NCBI GenBank assembly: GCA_002633005.1
Contig: NMRA01000182.1
Location: 475,914 to 539,913 of the forward strand
DNA from: Phoronis australis
Taxonomy: Eukaryota; Animalia; Phoronida
DNA length: 64,000 bases
Direction: 5' to 3'
Shown: in pieces, positions 54,635-64,000 of the stretch
How the letters are laid out: each line of letters starts with the position of its first letter
How positions within the stretch are numbered: position 1 is the stretch's first letter
Made by a program: the position numbers and the translations under genes
Notes under the pieces: model-generated
What the model saw: only the letters and a program-made list of their open reading frames with translations
The model's database searches: none
What the model was told of the DNA's origin: nothing

Positions 54635-54750
54635 GGAGGCATTATGGCCTTTTGGGTTCAGTGTCTGCCTCCTGATCACAAGGTCAAAGTTCGAATCCCA
54701 CTGGACCCCACTGCTAGACCCTTGAGTCAGGTCTCTAGCTCCTCAGTCTG
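54635..54750 (+). mobile_element. tRNA-derived SINE remnant
   Basis: A-box-like TGGCCTTTTGGG (54645), B-box GTTCGAATCC (54689-54698), then cccttgagtcagg...ctcctcagt resembling a SINE central domain. No intact cloverleaf. Confidence 0.65.
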
Positions 54751-55180
54751 GTCTTAATTTGTATATATGCTATAGGTGTTATTTGTGTTTATTAATAAAT
54801 GAATTGTGAATTCTGGCGTTTGGCCTGGCTGAACAGCCTACACATGTGATGTTTATCAGACCACCTGCACAATTTTTATGTCTTTTTCTATAATCACCTG
54901 AAATGTTTTTTCCAGCTGTAGGAACAAATCAACTGTTACTCAGCTTTGTTTTGTACTCAAATGTTTACTAAGTGGCAGAATGACATTTCCGTTGCTTAGA
55001 ACCCAAATCAGTGACTGTGAATTATGCTAAATAAATCACACAACAAAGGGACAAGTGTCATATTACCACCATTTGAAAGAATTATTTACCTATGAATTTT
55101 CCATGGTGAACCATACACGAAATGAAAACCTTTATGTTTACTGATTATGAGAAACTTCTACTGAAGGGGTATCCAAATTT

Positions 55181-55225
55181 GAGATAAGTGTAGAGATAAG
55201 TGTAGAGATAAGTGTATAAATAAGT
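55181..55225 (+). repeat. 12-bp tandem repeat, 3 copies plus a partial (GAGATAAGTGTA)
   Basis: Three perfect copies and a degenerate fourth. Confidence 0.9.
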
Positions 55226-58200
55226 CACTGTAATATAACTTGAACTCTTGTGATAGTCTTTGTTGCTGGTAGAGAAAGAAGTGCAGATAAAGATCATTTC
55301 TTCAGCAGATACCACACTTTGTGTGTCAAAATTATTCTGCCACGTATGGCATTCAACTTTTTCCTCTGTAGAGGACAGTCTCTGCATTTTCTAGATGAAG
55401 CCCTGGCTACCACTTAATTCATGTCGGGTAAAAACTCCTTAATTTCTGAGACAGTAAACTTTTGTGAAAATTTGGGGTAACGCATTATGCCTGATTTTGA
55501 AACGAATGAGCACATGTGGTTATTTCAAAATGGGTTAAGTTTCCTAATCAGTCAGTGGAGGGGTTTGCAGTATACGGTATTGGGGCGCTTTAAATTTGTC
55601 CTTTGCACTGCACAAGTGGTCAGCCGAAGAGAGTGCCGAACTCTGGAGTTGGTGGCTTTGGACCTGAGTCATAGAATTCAACAGTACTTAAAATAGTGGA
55701 AAAAGTTTTCATTATAAATGCCATTTTCATTAATGAATGATTGTTCCCAATTTATAGAAAATAGTTTTTTCCATGATTGTCTGGTTCTGTGTGCCTGCCT
55801 CATGATCACGGGTGCATGTCAACACGCCAGTGTAATCCCTCTTCTCTGTTCTAGTATTTGCATTTAGTGAAAAGCCTATGAAGCTTGTTATTAGTGTGGA
55901 GTAAAGCACAAGTCTACAGTCAGCTGTGTTGTGTATGACTGGTGATGTAATCTTCTCAAAATTCTTAGAACTTCACAATTGGTGGCAAAGTATACATACC
56001 CTATTGCCAGTGTCAGTGCCTTTTGCCAACAAAGAACATCAAAGCTTTATATGGGATTAAGCCTTTTTATTTGTACCATAAGAATTTTGTATTTGTCTAG
56101 TATTCAGTGTTTATTTAGCATTCTGAATTTTACATCAGGACATCTCCCTGTTGATTAATTGTGGTTATGGTAAGTAAGTAATGAATATTCATGCTGTTAG
56201 TCTCTACTGAGGATGAAGCTTAATCTTTTGATGTTCTACAAAAACGACTATTTATTTTTAGGAATTCTTGGGTGGCCATATTGAAAAGAAAAACAGATTT
56301 CCCTGGTTTGAATACACTGCACATGAGGCAGTTACAGTGTTGCTGATTGGCTTCATAAAATCACATGGGACAGCGTTATTTGTCAGGCAAATGTTGAACC
56401 ATTTCTGATTGGCCATCTTGGGTCACATGTACTGTTGACTGGGTTTTGTGAATGAATGTTATATCAGAGGTTGACTGAGCCTGGAACACCATGTATAGTA
56501 CACACTATGAGCTATATAGAGTAATTTGACCTACCTTTTCTCAGTGAAATTTTTGTGGTTTTCCTGTTATCCACAAGCTGTTTGTGTGTTCTGGGATTTA
56601 TGCTGCAGATTTCTCGGAATCCTGGCTGCTGAGTGTAAAATACGATTAGATAATTTCTTTGCAGGGGCAAAGACTGAGCTGTGAATATAACAAAAAGGCT
56701 GAAGTGACTACACTTGATATACCATTATGTTATTGGTTCATTCCAGTGCTCTCCAAATACTGGTGTTGCATAGTATCCCTAAAAATGTTTCTTACTGCCC
56801 TCACCAGATGTCACTGCTTACAACATAGGATTGCACTGCACCTCAGCATCAAGCTATTGTTGACTTTTAAAACACCTCAATATCAATAGTTCACTGCAGG
56901 ACCAGCCTTTAAACTATTGCTAGGCTGACTCAGCCTATCTGGTCAGGGCAATGTACTGGTTTCTGCCAAAACCAATACTACCACGCTGCAAGTTATATGA
57001 GTGGTTGAATACAAAAAATCAATAACACTCTGCATTAGGATTGTGAGAGCACATTTGGCTTTACAAAATTTCTAATTTTGGTCCATGAGCTGGCCTGGGA
57101 GGAAACAAAATTTCCTTCATTTATGAGCATTTTCAGCTGTTGAACATTATTGTGTGAATGTTTGAATGTCCGACTGCCCAGCAGTGGCAATAAATTTGAC
57201 AGCATAATGGTTGCTTGCAAAACAATAAATAATGTTGGAAACATCCCTCTGAATTAAATCCATACAAGAATGCAGAGCTCTGACAACCAACTTAACCCTA
57301 TTGAGAATTTCACCATGTCCCTGCTGTAGTCTGAAAATGGCCACTATTTGGGTTAAGTTAAGTATGCACATTGTAAGTGAGCCTTGACCCTGAGGAGCGT
57401 TCACAAAGACAATAGCACTTTTACTTAAGCCTTGATTGGGGATTGGGAGTGTGCGCTAAAGTGAGCATAGGTTGAAAAAGTGAAAATTTGGAAATTTGGG
57501 GGGTTGGCATTAAGATAAACATGGGTGTCAAGCGGACAAGTTCAGTATATGTAATGTTTCATATTTTAGAAAAGGACAAAAGTTGCAACCCATTCAAAAT
57601 GGTCAGTGAGCAATTAAAAAGCACCTCCAAATTTTCCAGTCCAGTAGCGCTACCTATTAAGTGGTAGTAAAAGCATATCAGCACTCCAGCCACTTTGACA
57701 ATCTGATCATAGCACTGTAACACACTGTAGCTGGTGTGGTGAAATCAGCTCCATTCTATACCATGCCTGTGCTTGTATATTAGCAAATATCAATCATGGT
57801 ATTCCTTCACCTATATAGCACACAACATGGCTAACAAGGGAAATTTTATTTTATCATATTTCTTAGCAGGAATATAAATTAAGAAGTTTGTATTGCTAGC
57901 AGTAGTTTGTAGCGTACAGCTATATAAAACAACGCAGGGTCGAATTTTTAAATTTGCAGCTAAGTACTCAGCCTTTGAAAAATGGAAAAATAACAATTGT
58001 GGGAATTATTTTTGTGGGAAATATGTGAAGAATTAATGTAGTTTGTTTTCTTTCTGTTTTTTGCACCAATTCACAATCATATGGTGTCAAATGCAGCTTG
58101 TGTCCAGAATGGGACTTATGGATTTCTTTTACCTCTGTGATCGCTAGTAGCATGGGTTGTTCTGGTTGCCTGCGGGTATTTCCTTGTACTTTATAGCCTG

Positions 58201-60212
58201 GGTTTGTTTCTCACCGGTTCCTGGCATATTACGGATTGGTATGTGAATGGTGTTTGTTAAAAATGTGTTCTTTTTATATTTAAAGACGTAAATGTATTTT
58301 ACGCAATGTTTCCTCAAGTACTATGTTGTGGTCAACAGGGAAATTCTGCCTTGTGTCCGTCACTGGCTGCAAAACAAGACATCACAGATTTTTTTGTTGA
58401 ATTAAGGTATAAGTTTCGGTAAACATCCTGCACCCTTAAATTGGCAAATCTGGATATTAGGGGGTGGGTGATTAACCTAGAGATGTGCGGTTGAATGATA
58501 AATTTCAAGAACTTGGGTCTGTGTGCTTACCCATACATGGGCACTTAACCTGAGCCAGACAATGACCTCAGGACATGCCCACCTCCCAAATTAAAGTCAA
58601 GTGCAGACCTGAAGTTCAAAGAATCTGCTGCAAAGCTAGTTGATCATGCGAAAGTTGAGCCAGCACTCTCTAACCGACAGGTGTATTGGAGTAGCGAAGT
58701 ATACAACTTGAGAAAACTGACATTGAAAAAGTACCCACCAATTAGTTGCATGACTGAACTACCATGTGGTTGTTATCAAAGTCGTCAAATGAGGCAAAGT
58801 TAGTTGATCTAAGCCTGAACTCCCTCATTATTTTGTTTGCAATTATAACTCAACTGATTGAAAAAGATCATCATGTCAAAAAACTTGCTTGAGGTTTTGT
58901 ATACTCTGGTCAAGGTGCGCAGTGCACGATTCACATGCAAGAAATCTTGAGACTGAGGTTGTTTACGTTTTCAATAATTAATTGTTTACGTATTCAGTAA
59001 TTAAAGTTGCATAAAATAAAGAGCCTGAATACTTTTAATTTTAATTAGTGATCATGGCCATTATCCCGTGATTCGTGTTTGCTCCCTTGGCACTAAATAG
59101 GTGCCATATAAGAAAAAAACAGGTCAGCCAGAAAAAGGACATGTGACCCCATCATTCATGTCACTAGTGTCATTTCACCTTGAAGGTAAACAAAGCTGTG
59201 ATTTTTTTCTTAAAACTTTGTGAAAACACTGAAAATTTTTGTATCTTAGAATGAGAATGTGGCTGACTAAGGTCTGCGCATGTGTCAGTTTCAACTACGT
59301 TGTCAACTTTAATGCACTGCAGAAGACACGGCAATAGTCGGATATAACATGGCCATGTTTTGGGAACCAGTTTGATGACGTTTTTCAGTGGATGAAACTG
59401 GTTCCCAAAATGCGGCACACTACATCTGACCATTACCAAAGATTACTGACAGAATGCAATGTTTCCAGCCATGGCTGCAAACTACACTGCGACAAGAAAT
59501 TTATCCAATTTCTGCATTTAAAAGCGTGCGCTACTGTTTACAAAATCAATTTTTGAGGTAAATTACCAATGGGCATTAAGTTGAGTTGAGGATGGGTGCT
59601 CAGCTGAGCAATAGGCGTTTAATCCAAAAATTTTCAAATGGGTGGGTGCTTACAGTAGTGTGGACATATAAACCTGAATGTTCACAGTACTATAGACTTG
59701 TTTCAAGAGGAACTTAATTGGGATTTTCAGTGTCCAATGATGACTGTTCTTCTCAGTATGTTGAAAGCTGAGGCCAATGCGTCTCCTATTGTAGAATAAT
59801 CATCTGCTTTGTTTGTTGTACAGCTTTTCAAGTACAACACATTATTATAACTTTATGGTGAAATTCACAGATTCAGAATGTGACTGAAATGTGTAATTAT
59901 TAAAAATTTCTGGCATGGTGAAAGTTGTTGAAACTTGCAAGGAATTTAAAAATGCTTAGAAAGACCGTGCTGTCACCATTAAAGTGGCGTGCTAAGCGAG
60001 GATATGGAAATTAAAAGCAATCTTCATACAGGTCTCTCAGACAATCACCCAATTTTTGGGGTCGGTTACATTAAAATCACTTTTCGTGTGATGTTGGTTG
60101 AAACCTAAATGCTGAAAAAAATATACTGAGGCACTCAACGACAAAATCTGACCTATCATAGTACTAAAATTAAAGAAATAGAGAAACAGTCATATTTTGA
60201 AAAGTTATTTCC

Positions 60213-62532
60213 CATGCTATGAACAGTCCCACTAAATAAGATTGGTCCTAACCCCGCTCGTCAAGGTAAACGGTGGGGTATGGAAAATTGAACTAGACCG
60301 TATTTATCCACCTTGGCTGAGTCGCGCTCAGCGCACGATCAAAGGGATGCCACCAAGCTGCTCTATTCATAGAGTCACGAGCGAGGATAATTGGCTTCGC
60401 TCATGCGGATATGATCAGCTGATTACAACCTACCTAGCAGACTGTACTTTTTATGGAGAGAGTTACAAGTAGTTTTTACTGTAATATTTGAAAAGAGGAG
60501 CGAAAACAAATAGGAGTACAACTTTGAATTTTTCAAATCGGCCCAGGATAAGAGATTTTGCAAGACAGCAACACTCACGATTACTTTCAATCGGCGCGCA
60601 AGAATACAAAAATATAGGACCCAAGTTATTTAGATTTTGGAATACATGCATTGCAATATTCAAAATACGTTTATTATGAATCTTACAAGCTGTAAAACGA
60701 GGTTGTTTAATTTCATTGTGCTCATTCATTGTCATCCGTCAAATCGGCAATTTCCGACATGTGATCTGCGGCGTGCGCTTATGTGTACAAAACACGTGAT
60801 TGTTATGTTCCTGAAGTACGAAAATTAAGAAACTTCAGCATGCCGTTAGTATTGACAGGGACACGATAAAACGAATTTGGATTTTGACTATAGTCTTGAT
60901 ACAGCGAGCTGGCTGACCACTGCGTCAGTGTCTCCGTTAGACCCAGAAATTTCACACAGCCCGGGTAGTTCACTTCGTCCCCAACATGTAGATAGAGCCT
61001 TGGACTATTAATACACCACGGTAGAGCTAACGACCGTCGGCCTGTGCACACAAAATGTGTGAGTTAACCAGCACTCACCTTGCACGTTGTAGCCGTTTAA
61101 ATGAAAAAACAATCTAGTAAATGCCATTTTCTTGCATAATCCTCCGCCTTTTGTAACAAAAAAGTCTATCGTCGATGACACACACACGCACGCTCACTCA
61201 CTCTCATACGCAGACGAACTTCAAAACAAACGTCACGTAACAACAACATGTGTGTTCATCCAGAGATTTTTCTCGTGTTGTGGGGTACGATGTAGCGCAG
61301 ATTTGCACTTAATTGCAATTAATCTTGACTCCACATGAACTTTAAAAATTGTAGAACATTAGGAAGATTTCAGGTAATTTGTTGAGTCGAAACCATATTT
61401 TTTATTCAAGAGTCCAAGTTTTCCTATTGACGATGGCGATTCAGCGACGCATCAGTCGGCAAGTTTTCGCCCTGTGATGAGCACAATTTTTTGAAAAATT
61501 ATCGCATGCTATGAACATTCCCACTAAATAAAATTGGTTCTAACCCCGGTGTTTAAGGTAAACGGCGGGGTATGGAAAATTGAACTAGACCGTATTTATC
61601 CACCTTGGCTGAGACGCGCTCGGCTCATGCTCAAAGGGATGCCGCCAAGCTGCTCTATTCATCGAGTCACGAGCGAGGATAATTGACTTCGCTCATGCGG
61701 ATATGATCAGCTGATTACAGTCTAGCCTAACAACTGTACTTTTTATGGAGAGAATTTTACGTAGTTTTTACTGTAATATTTGAAAAGAGGAGCGAAAACA
61801 AATACGAATACAACTTTGAATTTTTCAAATCGGCCCAGGATAAGAGATTTTGCAACACAGAAACACTCACGATTACTTTCATTCGGCGCGCACGAATACA
61901 AAAATATAGGACCCAAGTTAGGATTGTATAAATGTAGAACTACTCCGTGTGTTATTTAGGTTTTGGAAAAAATGCATTTTAATACTCAAAATACGTTTTG
62001 TATAGCTATTACAAGCTCTAAAACGACTTTGTGTAATTTCATTGAGATCGTTCTTTGTCATCCGTCAAACCGGAAACTTCCGAGATGTGACTCTGCGAGC
62101 GCACTCACCTTGCACGTTACAGCCGTTTAAGTGAAAAACAATCTAGTAAACGCCATTTTCTTGCATAATCCTCCGCCTTTTGTAACAAAAAAGTCTATCG
62201 TCGATGACCCGCACACGCACGCTCACTCACTCTCATACGCAGACGACCTTCAAAACAAACGTCACGTGACAACAACATGTGTGTTCATCCAGAGATTTTT
62301 CTCGTGTTGTGGAGTACGATGTAGCGCACATTTGGACTTAATCGCAATTAATCTGGACTCCACAGGAACTTTAAAAATTGTAAAACATCAGGAAGATTTC
62401 AGGTAATTTGTTGAGTCGAAACTATATTTTTATTCAAGAGTACAAGTTTTCCTATTGACGATCGCGATTCAGCGACGCATCAGTCGGCAAGTTTTCGCCC
62501 TGTGATGAGCACAATTTTTTGAAAAATTATCG
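60213..62532 (+). repeat. Tandem duplication of a CpG-rich, transposon-like segment (units 60213-61504 and 61505-62532)
   Basis: Both units start catgctatgaaca(g/t)tcccactaaataa and end gagcacaattttttgaaaaattatcg. The first has about 290 extra bp (about 60770-61070). The ORFs at 61132 and 62131 are near-identical. Confidence 0.95.
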
Positions 62533-63448
62533 TAATTTAACAACGGAAGTTGATAGCAATGCACCACAATTTTGTAGAAAGGCTGTCATAGGCTACAAAT
62601 ACGTCACAGAGCGTAAATTTGATGAATCCTAGCTTCCGATTTTACCCGTTTGGGAAACCGGGTTTCAACTGCCGTAGGCTCACTACAATAAGCGTCCCCT
62701 CCCCGTGAAATGAATTTTTCTAAGCGTTTGTTTGAGCCAATACAGTATACAGCTTTCCACCAAGGCTAGGTGATGCAAGACATTATTACTTGTTCTTTGT
62801 TGCATTATAGTAACTGGTCTTGGCTAATTATCATTTTATGGCCTGGTCATCCATTCAGCCCAAAGTAGTTCCAGAGGTGGCTTATCAGCCAATTATTCAC
62901 GCATGCTGACTCACAATAGAAGCCTGATAAGAGTGAAGGTGGATAAATGCGGTGTTCCTACAGTTTCTTGTTTTAGTGGATGTGTTCACGACATGGTAAT
63001 TTAACAACGTGGAAGTTCATAGCAATGCACCACAATTTTGTAGAAAGACTGTCATAGGCTAAAAATACGTCACAGAGCGTAAATTTTATGAATCCTAGCT
63101 TCCGATTTTACCCATTTGGGAAACTGGCTTTCAACTGCGGTAGGCTACAATAAGAATCCCCTCCCTGTGAAATGAATTTTTCTAACAGTTTATTAGAGCC
63201 AATACAGTATACAGCTTTCCACCAAGGCTAGGTGATGCAAGACATTATTCTTTGTTGCATTAGTAACTGGTCTTGGCTAATTATCATTTTATGGCCTGGT
63301 CATCCATTCAGCCAAAAGTAGTTCTAGAGGTGGCTTATAAGCCAATTATTCACGCATGCTGACTCACAATAGAAGCCTGATAAGAGTGAAGGTGGATAAA
63401 TGCTGTGTTCCTACAGTTTCTTGTGCTAGTGGATGTGTTCAGGACATG
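62532..63448 (+). repeat. Second tandem duplication (units 62532-62995 and 62996-63448)
   Basis: Both units start gtaatttaacaacg and end gtggatgtgttca(c/g)gacatg; highly similar with small indels. Confidence 0.95.
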
Positions 63449-63639
63449 CAAAATTGGGATGTATTAACTTATACCTATTTTGTGTCAAGTCATTACTGTC
63501 AGAACCATAGGTCCATTTGGTTCCACTGAATATGCAATTGCAAAATTACATTGGAAACCTATATAATTCCATCTCATGTGTTGTACACTGAAAATAATTT
63601 CAATAGTTCAATGAGGAAACAGTTTATACATCAATATGA

Positions 63640-64000
63640 TTTTTTTTATGCGCCCACATATTTATATGTGGACGCATTATGCCGTCATCTCTGTCCGTCC
63701 GTCCGTCCGTCTGTCCGTCCGGGCGGCGTCCGTCCGGCTTCTGGCGTCCGGCGTCCGCTGCTCTATCTCCAAAACCCTTTGACATAGGTTCATGAAATTT
63801 GGCACATATGTTTCATTCATGAATGGGACGGCATGTGCGAACTTTCGGACGGATCCAACTACCGGTGTGCCCCCTAGTGGCAATTTTAGTTTTTTACGCT
63901 TACCTTTGTATCTTCAAAAGTTTTGAACGGATTTTCATGAAATTTGGTATGTAGGCACCTAGTAGTGAGATGACGCTATCCTGCCGTTTTCAGATGGATT
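63640..64000 (+). mobile_element. Non-autonomous Helentron (HINE; DINE-1/pearl/CvA-like), 5' part, truncated by the window end
   Basis: Starts in a T-run, then a subterminal hairpin atgcgcccacatat-tt-atatgtggacgcat, then a (GTCC)n microsatellite (63692-63737) and a repeated ttcatgaaatttgg core. This is the diagnostic HINE layout. Confidence 0.85.

Noticed and set aside
54635-54710. Possible tRNA gene
   Set aside because: A and B boxes are present but acceptor and anticodon stems do not pair; context fits a SINE.
61132-62406. Duplicated HNPPPFVTKK ORFs
   Set aside because: Part of the tandemly duplicated non-coding segment; reading frames differ at their ends between copies.
27046-64000. Next Supt3h coding exon (expected to encode roughly xGFGD..PL)
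   Set aside because: Not found by manual scan; presumed beyond the window, though a diverged exon could have been missed.

Overview
AT-rich eukaryotic (bilaterian invertebrate, probably lophotrochozoan) genomic DNA, almost all intronic, with one assembly gap (23896-24306). Two genes lie head-to-head. On the minus strand is a Runx (Runt-domain) transcription factor: TATA+Inr promoter near 10.9 kb, coding exons 10776-10389 and 3055-2942, continuing off the left end. On the plus strand is Supt3h/SPT3: probable non-coding first exon ending at 14414, and a small first coding exon (MSASGWFTTEIQNMM) at 26996-27039 that the ORF track misses. I found no further Supt3h exon, so the next intron probably runs more than 37 kb to the right end. 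This is the ancient Runx-Supt3h microsynteny. The Supt3h introns hold candidate Runx regulatory elements: a dense RUNX-site cluster at 41.9 kb, repeated RUNX/E-box composites at 51-59 kb, and a speculative distal P1-like Runx exon near 51.8 kb. They also contain a decayed Asn/Asp-rich ORF, many non-autonomous DNA transposons (foldback MITE, Harbinger-like MITEs, a nested cluster, a Helentron-type HINE), a tRNA-derived SINE and two abutting tandem duplications. Nearly all other listed ORFs look spurious.
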